Below are positions 19,240-28,041 of a DNA stretch of 64,000 bases, one piece after another. The translations under genes were made by a program, and so were the position numbers. Numbering within the stretch: the stretch's first letter is position 1; each line of letters begins with the position of its first letter. The DNA comes from a virus. The stretch is from IMG/VR virus record IMGVR_UViG_3300020220_003261; one strand, written 5' to 3'. The notes below the pieces were generated by a model. The model saw nothing but the letters and a program-made list of their open reading frames with translations, ran no database searches and was not told the DNA's origin.

Positions 19240-19247
19240 TATTTATA
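19240..19247 (+). promoter_or_regulatory. TATTTATA putative late promoter
   Basis: Intergenic, before fibre gene 19282. Confidence 0.5.
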
Positions 19248-19281
19248 AAAGACTTAGTCTAATAAAACCAAATAAGAAGAA

Positions 19282-22200
19282 ATGGCAAATCAATTTATAG
19301 TAAAAAATGGTCTAATTGTTGACCAAGGTGGATTAAATGTAACGGGATCCTCACAAATATCTGGATCGTTGGGTATAACTGGATCATTAAACGTTTCAGG
19401 TAGTCAAAATATTATAGGTAATTTGGTTGTTGGTGGTAACTTATCCGCTAATCAATTTATTGTTTCTTCTTCTGTTAGTCATATTACTACGTCATTTTCT
19501 TCTGGTTCTACAAAATTTGGTGATAGTTTAGACGACACTCACCAATTTACTGGTTCTTTTTCTGTTACAGGTTCTTTATCAATAAATGGTACAGAATATT
19601 TAGCCGCGACATCAGGTACCTCTGGTACAAGCGGTAGTAGTGGTACAAGTGGTTCTAGTGGTTCTTCAGGAACGGCTGGTACATCGGGAACTTCTGGTAC
19701 ATCAGGAAGTTCTGGTTCTTCAGGAACAAGTGGTAGTAGTGGAACTAGTGGTACCTCAGGTACATCTGGTTCTAGTGGTACTTCAGGAAGTTCAGGAACA
19801 AGTGGTACATCAGGAAGTAGTGGTTCAAGTGGTTCAAGTGGTTCGAGTGGTTCTAGTGGAACGTCAGGTTCATCTGGTTCTTCAGGTACATCGGGTACCT
19901 CAGGTTCAAGTGGAACATCAGGTTCTTCAGGAACTAGTGGTACAAGTGGTTCATCTGGAACAAGTGGTACATCAGGAACATCAGGTAGTAGTGGAACATC
20001 AGGTAGTAGTGGAACATCAGGTAGTAGTGGATCATCAGGTTCTTCAGGTTCTAGTGGTACTTCAGGTTCTTCGGGAACCTCAGGCACTAGTGGAACATCA
20101 GGTAGTAGTGGAACTTCAGGTAGTAGTGGAACTTCAGGTACATCTGGTAGTTCGGGTAGTTCGGGTTCTAGTGGAACAAGCGGTAGTAACGGTTCTTCTG
20201 GTACATCAGGAACTTCAGGAACAAGTGGTTCATCAGGATCTTCAGGAAGTTCTGGTACATCTGGTACATCAGGAAGTAGTGGTACATCAGGTAGTTCAGG
20301 TTCATCAGGAAGCTCTGGAACATCAGGTACTTCAGGAACATCTGGTTCTTCAGGATCAAGTGGTAGTAGTGGAACATCAGGAACCTCAGGTTCATCGGGT
20401 TCAAGTGGTAGTAGTGGAACAGCTGGTACATCAGGTACATCTGGTGTGGATGGTGCTTCAGGTACATCCGGTACAAGTGGTTCATCTGGCACTTCAGGAA
20501 CATCAGGAACTAGTGGTAGTTCAGGTTCTAATGGTTCTTCAGGAACAAGTGGTACATCAGGGACTGCTGGTACATCAGGAAGTTCTGGTTCAAGTGGTAG
20601 TAGTGGTACAAGTGGAACAGCTGGTACATCCGGTACAAGTGGTTCTTCTGGTACTTCGGAGGTTTATAAGACCACCTCAGCAACTTCACATACATTAGGT
20701 CAAGGAGGTTCATTAACAGTTCCAAGTGGGTTAAGTTACTCAGTTGGACAATCAATTATAATTGCATATGATGTAAATCATTACCAAGAATCAGATGTGG
20801 TATCATATAGCGGTACAACATTGACATTCACAGCACCAGATGCAAATGGTACTGTTGGTAGTGGAACATATTCATCATGGACTATCAACTTAGATGGCGC
20901 TACAGGTGCTGATGGTACATCAGGTACATCAGGTTCTTCTGGAACGTCAGGAACATCAGGTAGTTCAGGTTCAAGTGGTTCTTCAGGAACTGCAGGTACA
21001 AGTGGAACATCAGGAAGTTCAGGTAGTTCAGGATCATCAGGAACTAGTGGAACGTCTGGAACATCAGGAACAAGTGGAAGTTCAGGATCATCAGGAAGTA
21101 GTGGAACGTCCGGTACATCAGGTACTTCAGGAACTTCTGGCTCTTCGGGTTCTTCTGGTAGTAGTGGAACCGCGGGAACGTCTGGTTCTTCAGGAACATC
21201 AGGAAGCAGTGGAACGAGTGGAACGTCGGGTTCTTCTGGAACGTCAGGAACATCAGGAACAAGTGGAAGTTCAGGTTCATCTGGTTCTTCAGGAACAAGT
21301 GGCACATCAGGTTCTTCAGGAAGCTCAGGTTCTTCAGGAACTTCGGGTACTTCAGGAACTTCAGGAAGTAGTGGTACTTCAGGTTCTTCAGGTAGTACAA
21401 CTGTAGGTGCATATAACTCATTAACGGTTAATTCACCATCAACAACATGGGCATTCCAACACGATTTAGGTGCGAGATATCCTGTTGTTCAAGTTTACGA
21501 TACTGAAGGTTTTGCGATAATACCACAATCAATCAAAGCAATTGATTTATACAATATTGAAATAGGATTCTCATCACCACAAGCAGGTTTAGTGGCAGTT
21601 ACACTTGGTGAAGGTGGTGGTGGTTCATCAGGTACTTCAGGAACATCAGGTTCAAGTGGAAGTTCTGGTACTTCAGGAACATCAGGTTCTTCTGGTACAA
21701 GTGGTTCCAGTGGATCAAGTGGAACATCAGGTTCTTCTGGTTCAAGTGGTACTTCAGGAACAAGCGGAACATCTGGTTCTTCAGGAACCGCAGGTACTTC
21801 AGGAACTTCAGGTTCATCTGGTACATCAGGCAGTTCAGGAACATCGGGTTCAAGTGGTACAAGTGGTTCATCAGGATCTTCAGGAAGTTCAGGAACAAGT
21901 GGTTCTTCAGGTAGTTCTGGTTCTTCTGGTACTTCAGGAACATCTGGTACTTCAGGAAGTTCAGGAACAAGTGGTTCTTCAGGTAGTTCTGGTTCTTCTG
22001 GAACATCTGGTACAAGTGGTTCATCAGGAACTTCAGGAAGTTCTGGCACATCAGGAAGTTCAGGAAGTAGTGGAACATCTGGAACATCAGGTTCAAGTGG
22101 TACAAGTGGAACATCTGGATCTTCTGGAACGTCTGGAACAAGCGGTAGTAGCGGAACATCTGGTACCTCGGGTACGTCAGGTTCGTCAGGATCATCTGGA

Positions 22201-22686
22201 AGTAGTGGAACATCTGGTTCATCTGGTACGTCAGGAACGGCCGGTACTTCAGGATTATTAACACTAACAGGTTCAACTAATAATGGTGTTATAACATATG
22301 ACGGAAGTGGAACAAATGCTACTGTTGAGTCTAACATAACCTTTAGTGGTTCAACACTATCATTGACAGGTGACTTGTTATTAAATGGTAAGGTAGATGT
22401 TCGTACAAGTAATCAATCTGTAAGTACTAGTACAACAATGTTCACATTATCAGAATATAACGGTGTGGTTCTTGATTACTTAGTAAAGAGTGGTTCTAAT
22501 ATGAGAGCGGGTAGTATAGTTGGTATATGGAATGGTTCAACATCTAATTTGACTGAAACCACAACAACTGACTTAGGTAATACAACAGCGATTTCATTCA
22601 CTATATCTAATAGTGGCACGGTTACTGTAACATCATCTTCAGGAACTTGGAGTGTAGTTATGTTCGCAAGAGCACTATCTATATAA
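19282..22686 (+). CDS. Long collagen-like (Gly-S/T-Ser) fibre protein, 1134 aa
   Basis: Three periodic blocks of about 116, 56 and 71 triplets separated by globular modules. Confidence 0.88.
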   Translation: MANQFIVKNGLIVDQGGLNVTGSSQISGSLGITGSLNVSGSQNIIGNLVVGGNLSANQFIVSSSVSHITTSFSSGSTKFGDSLDDTHQFTGSFSVTGSLSINGTEYLAATSGTSGTSGSSGTSGSSGSSGTAGTSGTSGTSGSSGSSGTSGSSGTSGTSGTSGSSGTSGSSGTSGTSGSSGSSGSSGSSGSSGTSGSSGSSGTSGTSGSSGTSGSSGTSGTSGSSGTSGTSGTSGSSGTSGSSGTSGSSGSSGSSGSSGTSGSSGTSGTSGTSGSSGTSGSSGTSGTSGSSGSSGSSGTSGSNGSSGTSGTSGTSGSSGSSGSSGTSGTSGSSGTSGSSGSSGSSGTSGTSGTSGSSGSSGSSGTSGTSGSSGSSGSSGTAGTSGTSGVDGASGTSGTSGSSGTSGTSGTSGSSGSNGSSGTSGTSGTAGTSGSSGSSGSSGTSGTAGTSGTSGSSGTSEVYKTTSATSHTLGQGGSLTVPSGLSYSVGQSIIIAYDVNHYQESDVVSYSGTTLTFTAPDANGTVGSGTYSSWTINLDGATGADGTSGTSGSSGTSGTSGSSGSSGSSGTAGTSGTSGSSGSSGSSGTSGTSGTSGTSGSSGSSGSSGTSGTSGTSGTSGSSGSSGSSGTAGTSGSSGTSGSSGTSGTSGSSGTSGTSGTSGSSGSSGSSGTSGTSGSSGSSGSSGTSGTSGTSGSSGTSGSSGSTTVGAYNSLTVNSPSTTWAFQHDLGARYPVVQVYDTEGFAIIPQSIKAIDLYNIEIGFSSPQAGLVAVTLGEGGGGSSGTSGTSGSSGSSGTSGTSGSSGTSGSSGSSGTSGSSGSSGTSGTSGTSGSSGTAGTSGTSGSSGTSGSSGTSGSSGTSGSSGSSGSSGTSGSSGSSGSSGTSGTSGTSGSSGTSGSSGSSGSSGTSGTSGSSGTSGSSGTSGSSGSSGTSGTSGSSGTSGTSGSSGTSGTSGSSGTSGTSGTSGSSGSSGSSGTSGSSGTSGTAGTSGLLTLTGSTNNGVITYDGSGTNATVESNITFSGSTLSLTGDLLLNGKVDVRTSNQSVSTSTTMFTLSEYNGVVLDYLVKSGSNMRAGSIVGIWNGSTSNLTETTTTDLGNTTAISFTISNSGTVTVTSSSGTWSVVMFARALSI

Positions 22687-22705
22687 TATAAAAAAAAATT
22701 AAATG

Positions 22706-22733
22706 AAAGGGGGATTTATTCCCCCTTTTTTAT
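22706..22733 (+). terminator. Rho-independent terminator
   Basis: Stem AAAGGGGGA / TCCCCCTTT followed by a T-run, downstream of 19282-22686. Confidence 0.8.
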
Positions 22734-22752
22734 TTTATGACCAATGATTAAA

Positions 22753-22760
22753 TATTTATA
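22753..22760 (+). promoter_or_regulatory. TATTTATA putative late promoter
   Basis: Intergenic, after a terminator and before fibre gene 22807. Confidence 0.5.
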
Positions 22761-22806
22761 GTAAACATTTGAACACCATTAGTGGATAATGAAACTAATT
22801 TGATAA

Positions 22807-24975
22807 ATGGCAAACGAATTTAAAGTCAAAAATGGCCTGATTGTATCAGGCTCGGCGGATATAATAGGAGATTTAAATATTAAAGGTAATATTGTTGCTC
22901 AACAATATATTATATCCTCTTCAGTAATTTACCAAACCGCGTCTTTTGTTAGTGGTTCTAACAAATTCGGTAATTCAAGTGATGATACTCATGACTTTAC
23001 AGGTTCATTAAAAGTTAGTGGTAGTTTAGTTTTAAATGATGTAATATTTGTTGCATCTTCATCTGGTACATCTGGTACTTCAGGATCAAGTGGTAGTTCG
23101 GGTTCTAGTGGTACATCAGGAACATCTGGTTCTAGTGGTACTTCAGGTAGTAGTGGAACATCAGGTTCAAGTGGATCATCAGGTTCTTCAGGTTCTAGTG
23201 GTACTTCAGGTTCTTCGGGAACAAGTGGAACATCTGGTTCATCAGGAACATCAGGTAGTTCGGGAAGTAGTGGTACATCAGGAAGTAGTGGTTCTAGTGG
23301 TTCTTCAGGTACTTCAGGTACATCAGGCAGTTCAGGAACATCTGGTTCATCAGGATTAAGTGGGTCATCGGGAACATCTGGCACAAGTGGTTCTTCAGGA
23401 AGTTCGGGTTCATCAGGTAGTTCAGGTAGTTCAGGTTCATCGGGGACATCGGGGTTAAGTGGTACTTCAGGTACATCCGGTTCAAGTGGAACAAGCGGTA
23501 GTTCTGGTTCAAGTGGTTCTTCTGGTTCATCTGGTACAAGTGGTAGCTCAGGTATCTCGGGTTCATCGGGAACATCTGGTAATAGTGGTAGCTCGGGTAC
23601 CAGTGGTACTTCAGGTTCGTCAGGAAGTTCGGGTTCTTCGGGTAATTCAGGAAGTAGTGGAACAAGCGGTAGTAGTGGAACATCTGGTACTAGCGGTTCT
23701 TCAGGAAGTTCAGGTAGCTCTGGTTCAAGTGGAAGTAGTGGTTCTAGTGGTTCTTCTGGTTCATCTGGTACAAGTGGAGCTAATGGTTCATCAGGAACAT
23801 CAGGGTCCAGTGGAAGTAGTGGTTCAAGTGGAAGTAGTGGAACAAGTGGAAGTAGTGGTAGTTCTGGTTCATCAGGAACCTCAGGAAGTAGTGGTACATC
23901 GGGAACTTCAGGAAGTAGTGGAACGAGTGGAACATCTGGCTCTTCAGGAACTAGTGGTAGTAGTGGTAGTAGTGGAAGTAGTGGAAGTAGTGGTTCATCG
24001 GGAACATCAGGTTCTAGTGGTTCTTCAGGTTCATCGGGAACATCAGGTTCTAGTGGTTCTTCAGGTTCTTCAGGTTCATCAGGTTCTAGTGGTTCATCTG
24101 GTACTTCGGGAACATCAGGTAGTTCAGGTTCATCTGGCTCAAGTGGAACATCAGGATCTTCGGGGTCGAGCGGAAGTTCTGGATCATCAGGTTCAAGCGG
24201 GTCAAGTGGTAGTTCGGGAAGTAGTGGTACTGTAACACTTAGTGGTACCTTAGATAATGGTATATTAACCCTTAATGGTTCATCACCAAACGTAACTGTT
24301 GAATCAAATGCAAGATTCACAGGAACATTAATGTCGGTTACGGGTTCCGTTGAAATATATAAATCAGGGTCAATTGTATTGGACGTTCAGGGTTCATTAG
24401 GTCAATTGTTTTCCGTAACAGACAGTTTAACAGGAGATATATTTTCAGTATCTGATCAATCGGGTATTCCTATATTAAATGTAAACGCTAGTGGTAGTGT
24501 TCAAATAGACGGTCAATTAACTGTAAGTGGGACAACAACATATTTGACAGGTGCCCTTGGTGTCGGAACAAATACACCAACAACTGTTGGTTTAATTAGA
24601 GCAACAAACGATGTAATTGCCTTTTATGGGTCAGACGAACGATTGAAAACAAATGTTGAACCAATAAGGGGTTCTTTAGATAAACTATCTCAAATAAATG
24701 GTTACGAATTTGATTGGATAGAAATGAAAGGTATTCACGAAAATGAGGGTCATGATATTGGTGTGATAGCACAAGAAATTGAAAAGGTTTTACCTGAAAT
24801 TGTAACAACTAGAGATAATGGGTATAAGGCTGTTAAATATGAAAAACTTGTTGCACTTTTAATAGAAACAAACAAAGAATTACTAAAACAGATTGAAAAT
24901 ATTAATAATAATAATCATAAATTATTAAAACGTATTGAAACGTTAGAACAAAAAATTAAGTATGGGGATTTTTAG
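22807..24975 (+). CDS. Collagen-like fibre with C-terminal intramolecular chaperone (peptidase S74-like)
   Basis: About 130 uninterrupted G-X-S triplets (23065-24228). GSDERLKTNVEPI...GYEFDW...GVIAQEIEKVLPE...VKYEKLVALLIE chaperone signature. Confidence 0.9.
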   Translation: MANEFKVKNGLIVSGSADIIGDLNIKGNIVAQQYIISSSVIYQTASFVSGSNKFGNSSDDTHDFTGSLKVSGSLVLNDVIFVASSSGTSGTSGSSGSSGSSGTSGTSGSSGTSGSSGTSGSSGSSGSSGSSGTSGSSGTSGTSGSSGTSGSSGSSGTSGSSGSSGSSGTSGTSGSSGTSGSSGLSGSSGTSGTSGSSGSSGSSGSSGSSGSSGTSGLSGTSGTSGSSGTSGSSGSSGSSGSSGTSGSSGISGSSGTSGNSGSSGTSGTSGSSGSSGSSGNSGSSGTSGSSGTSGTSGSSGSSGSSGSSGSSGSSGSSGSSGTSGANGSSGTSGSSGSSGSSGSSGTSGSSGSSGSSGTSGSSGTSGTSGSSGTSGTSGSSGTSGSSGSSGSSGSSGSSGTSGSSGSSGSSGTSGSSGSSGSSGSSGSSGSSGTSGTSGSSGSSGSSGTSGSSGSSGSSGSSGSSGSSGSSGSSGTVTLSGTLDNGILTLNGSSPNVTVESNARFTGTLMSVTGSVEIYKSGSIVLDVQGSLGQLFSVTDSLTGDIFSVSDQSGIPILNVNASGSVQIDGQLTVSGTTTYLTGALGVGTNTPTTVGLIRATNDVIAFYGSDERLKTNVEPIRGSLDKLSQINGYEFDWIEMKGIHENEGHDIGVIAQEIEKVLPEIVTTRDNGYKAVKYEKLVALLIETNKELLKQIENINNNNHKLLKRIETLEQKIKYGDF

Positions 24976-25606
24976 AGGACCCAATATTGTTAAAGATGGT
25001 TTAGTTATGATTGTGGATGCGGGTTCATATAGATCATATCCCGGTTCGGGATCAACGTGGTTTGATTTATCTAAAAACGGACACAATATTTCATTGGGTA
25101 GTTCAGTTACTTTCTCAAGTGATTTTGGTGGTGTTTTGAGATTTGCCGAAAACGGAAACGGATATGGTAGAAATACTTCTATGAATATGTCAAGTACAAA
25201 CTATACTGTGATTTCATATGTAAGAAAAATGAGTAATGGAAATGATGGTAGAACGATAACCGCGTATAATAATAATTGGTTATTAGCACATCATGATAAT
25301 ACATATGGTGATTATTATGCAGAAGGATGGGTAAATGATATTACATCCCCAACGTCTGATACTACTTGGAGAATGTTTACCGGAACAGGAAATATTTCAG
25401 GAGATGTATATCAATTATATATTAATGATTCACTAAGCGTGTCAAATAGTAATGGATCACAGGGTCCTAATGGTTGGAATTTAAATAATCAATACGGACA
25501 ATATTCTGATTGTCAAATAGCAAATTTAATTGTTTATAATAGAGTTTTATCTTCATCAGAAATATCTCAAATATATAATGCAACAAAAAAAAGATTTGGA
25601 ATATGA
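24962..25606 (+). CDS. LamG/concanavalin A-like lectin domain protein
   Basis: GPNIVKDGLVMIVDAG...WFDLSKNG start. LYINDS and IVYNRVLSSSEISQIYNA end, typical of phage LamG domains. Confidence 0.85.
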   Translation: MGIFRGPNIVKDGLVMIVDAGSYRSYPGSGSTWFDLSKNGHNISLGSSVTFSSDFGGVLRFAENGNGYGRNTSMNMSSTNYTVISYVRKMSNGNDGRTITAYNNNWLLAHHDNTYGDYYAEGWVNDITSPTSDTTWRMFTGTGNISGDVYQLYINDSLSVSNSNGSQGPNGWNLNNQYGQYSDCQIANLIVYNRVLSSSEISQIYNATKKRFGI

Positions 25607-25815
25607 AAACTGAAGAATATTATATTGGAGAAATTAAAGTAATTAAGATTATTAATGATGAGGAAGACCTATCGACAGAAGAAGATAGAAATTATTGGCT
25701 ATCTATATGTGAATCTTGTAAAAAATATAATGAAGGAAGGTGTGGTGAATGTGGTTGTATTGTATTAAGTATGATGTCACTCAAGGAATCTAAATGTCCA
25801 ATAAATAAATGGTAG
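25603..25815 (+). CDS. Small Cys-rich putative metal-binding protein (CxxC...CxxCGC...CP..KW)
   Basis: ICESCKKYNEGRCGECGCIV...KCPINKW. Confidence 0.75.
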   Translation: MKTEEYYIGEIKVIKIINDEEDLSTEEDRNYWLSICESCKKYNEGRCGECGCIVLSMMSLKESKCPINKW

Positions 25816-25816
25816 T

Positions 25817-26383
25817 ATGGGAGTATATACTGTAAACTCTACAATAATAAAAGAAAACGACATTTACGGAATTACGTTATATAATTGCACAATTATAAAT
25901 TCCGAAACCGGTAATTATGGTCCGTATGGTGGATATCAAATTAAAGTTTCACATGATACTTCTGGATGTGGAAACCCAGGTAGTAACTTCTATGTAGAAA
26001 TAAAGAGTAGTGTGGTTGGTAAATATTTAAGTTGTGAGTTTGAAATGACAGGAGTTGCTTCTTGTTGGGGATTTAATGACGGTGGATACTCTGGAACAGA
26101 TGGTAATTTACTTTCATATAATGAATCAAGTGGTGATATTATACCAAATTACAGATCTTTAAATTCTTGGGAAAAAACACAATTTCAAACTCACAGTAAA
26201 ATAAGTGCATGCGACAACGACTCAAATAATTTTTTTCATAGTGGTTATCACACCGGCAACCCCAAAATATTTTTAATGAGAAGAAGAAGAAATAATTTAA
26301 ATTCAAATTTCGGTCCAGCACATGGAAGATCGTGTAATAACACTGGTGTACATACAATAATAAGAAATATAAGAGTTTGGTAA
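25817..26383 (+). CDS. Hypothetical Cys/Gly-rich protein, probably virion-associated
   Basis: 188-aa ORF between two LamG genes. Confidence 0.7.
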   Translation: MGVYTVNSTIIKENDIYGITLYNCTIINSETGNYGPYGGYQIKVSHDTSGCGNPGSNFYVEIKSSVVGKYLSCEFEMTGVASCWGFNDGGYSGTDGNLLSYNESSGDIIPNYRSLNSWEKTQFQTHSKISACDNDSNNFFHSGYHTGNPKIFLMRRRRNNLNSNFGPAHGRSCNNTGVHTIIRNIRVW

Positions 26384-27910
26384 ATGAAAATTGGACCTAA
26401 TATATCACAGAATGGAATAGTATTCGGCATCAATGTCGGTAATAGTAGATATTATCCAGGTGAACCCACAACCAATTTATTAGATAATGCATCCACAAAT
26501 GCTATACCTCTTTTAGGTAATGCTTGGGGAACATATAACACGAATCAATATGGAAGTGGAACATATTTTTCAATTGGTTCTGTTAGTAGTGTGTCAAATA
26601 ATATAGTAACAATGACATCGTCACACGGACTTAGAACCTATGATGTGATGCAACCACAAACAACAGGAGGAGGTGTTACGGCTGGTACTAACTATTTTAT
26701 AAAAAAAGTAAGTAATACTCAATTTTCTTTACATTCTTATAATAGTAGTCAGGATGGTTCACAAGGATATATAAATCCATCCACAGGAACACACAAGGTT
26801 CATGATAGTATTGCAACGGATAGTAAAATATCTATTAGTTCAGAAAATTTTCCAACAATGTGGTGGGGTTACCCACATTTACCAAATTCAGGTTTAGTTA
26901 AAGAATGGATTCCAAATGGATTTACAAATCCATCTGATGGATTTATATCTGATTGTATAAGACAACACATAACGAGAGCTGATGGACCTGATCATATGGC
27001 TTATGGTGCAAATGCGTCATTCACATCAAATTCTCCCGTTTATTGTTCATTTTATGCTAGATCGGTTGATTCTAATGCAGTCGGTAAATCTTGTACATTT
27101 TATCATTACACTTATGGTGTTCAGTCTGCAACTGCATATTCTATGGGATTTACATTAGGTGCAGTGGGTGTTTGGGAAAGATTTGGATATACTTGGACAT
27201 CACCTAATAATACAGCAATTTCTTATTGGTTTAATCCGGGTGGACCATACAAATATGATATTGCAAATATTCAAATTGAACAAAAAAATCACCCAACAAG
27301 ATTCACAACAGGAACTAGATCGACAACACAAAGTCTTATTGATGTTGCAAGAGGTGGTTCTATTGATGTTGCCAATGTGTCATTTGATTCAAATGGTCAA
27401 ATCACATTTGATGGGACGAACGATTATATTGATTTTTTTGCTCCATCATTAGGTGGTACCGCAACAATTGAAATGGTTGCAAAAATTGGTTCAGGATATA
27501 GTGGAAAAATGTTTTTTGGTTGGAATACTTATGATGTGTGGTGTGGTGGTGGTCATTTAGGATATAACACTGGCAATGGTGATGTTTATGGAATTTCATC
27601 TTCATCAGTTTCAAGTTTAGGATTAGTTAGTAATTGGAAACATTATGTTTTTGAAATGAGAACTGATGTTTCCTATACAAATAATAAAATATATATTAAT
27701 GGTGTGCAACAATCATTATCGCAACAACAAAGTAGTGAGGGTTCAAAAAGCTTTAATAGTGGTAATGGAAGAATAGCGGTTTGGAAACATGATTTAAATT
27801 ATTGTATGCCTATGGATTGTCATGTATTTAGAGTTTATAATAGAGCTCTTTCACAAGAAGAAATAACCCAAAATTATGTTTCTTACAAAGGAAGATTTGG
27901 AATTTCATAA
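26384..27910 (+). CDS. Multi-domain carbohydrate-binding protein (HGL module, CBM-like domain, C-terminal LamG)
   Basis: SHGLRTYD...YFIKKVSNTQFSL module. CSFYARS...WERFGYTW...IANIQIE CBM-like region. FDGTNDYI...WKHYVF...YINGV...VYNRALSQEEI LamG. Confidence 0.8.
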   Translation: MKIGPNISQNGIVFGINVGNSRYYPGEPTTNLLDNASTNAIPLLGNAWGTYNTNQYGSGTYFSIGSVSSVSNNIVTMTSSHGLRTYDVMQPQTTGGGVTAGTNYFIKKVSNTQFSLHSYNSSQDGSQGYINPSTGTHKVHDSIATDSKISISSENFPTMWWGYPHLPNSGLVKEWIPNGFTNPSDGFISDCIRQHITRADGPDHMAYGANASFTSNSPVYCSFYARSVDSNAVGKSCTFYHYTYGVQSATAYSMGFTLGAVGVWERFGYTWTSPNNTAISYWFNPGGPYKYDIANIQIEQKNHPTRFTTGTRSTTQSLIDVARGGSIDVANVSFDSNGQITFDGTNDYIDFFAPSLGGTATIEMVAKIGSGYSGKMFFGWNTYDVWCGGGHLGYNTGNGDVYGISSSSVSSLGLVSNWKHYVFEMRTDVSYTNNKIYINGVQQSLSQQQSSEGSKSFNSGNGRIAVWKHDLNYCMPMDCHVFRVYNRALSQEEITQNYVSYKGRFGIS

Positions 27911-27939
27911 AAATTTAAAATTATGTTTGAAAATAGAAG

Positions 27940-28041
27940 GTGATTAAGTATGATAAAATAGTAGCATTATTAATTGAAACAAATAAAGAATTATTAAAGA
28001 GAATTGAAGATTTAGAAAAAGTAATAAAAAAACACAAATGA
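27940..28041 (+). pseudogene. Orphan remnant of a tail-fibre chaperone C-terminal coiled coil
   Basis: Translated by hand: VIKYDKIVALLIETNKELLKRIEDLEKVIKKHK*. Near-copy of the 22807-24975 C-terminus (VKYEKLVALLIETNKELLK...KRIETLEQK). Confidence 0.75.

Larger units (their letters stand above)
17950..24228 (+). repeat. 9-nt-period Gly-(Ser/Thr)-Ser coding repeats in six blocks across three genes
   Basis: Blocks 17950-18096, 18325-18723, 19615-20652, 20896-21393, 21622-22254, 23065-24228. Synonymous codons are scrambled, with occasional perfect tandems (18 nt at 19981-20016, 36 nt at 23992-24063). Confidence 0.95.

Noticed and set aside
17950-24228. CRISPR array or DNA-level satellite
   Set aside because: There is no constant repeat with unique spacers. 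Periodicity is at the protein level and synonymous codons vary freely.
19615-24228. Ice-nucleation protein
   Set aside because: It lacks the AGYGSTxT 8/16/48-residue repeat. The period is strictly three residues.
17805-24320. Long antisense Pro/Glu/Val/Asp-rich ORFs and alternative-frame Val/Gln/Leu/His or Met/Phe/Leu ORFs over the fibre genes
   Set aside because: These are shadows of the 9-nt Gly-Ser/Thr-Ser repeat, which rarely generates stops in those frames. They start and end with the repeat blocks.
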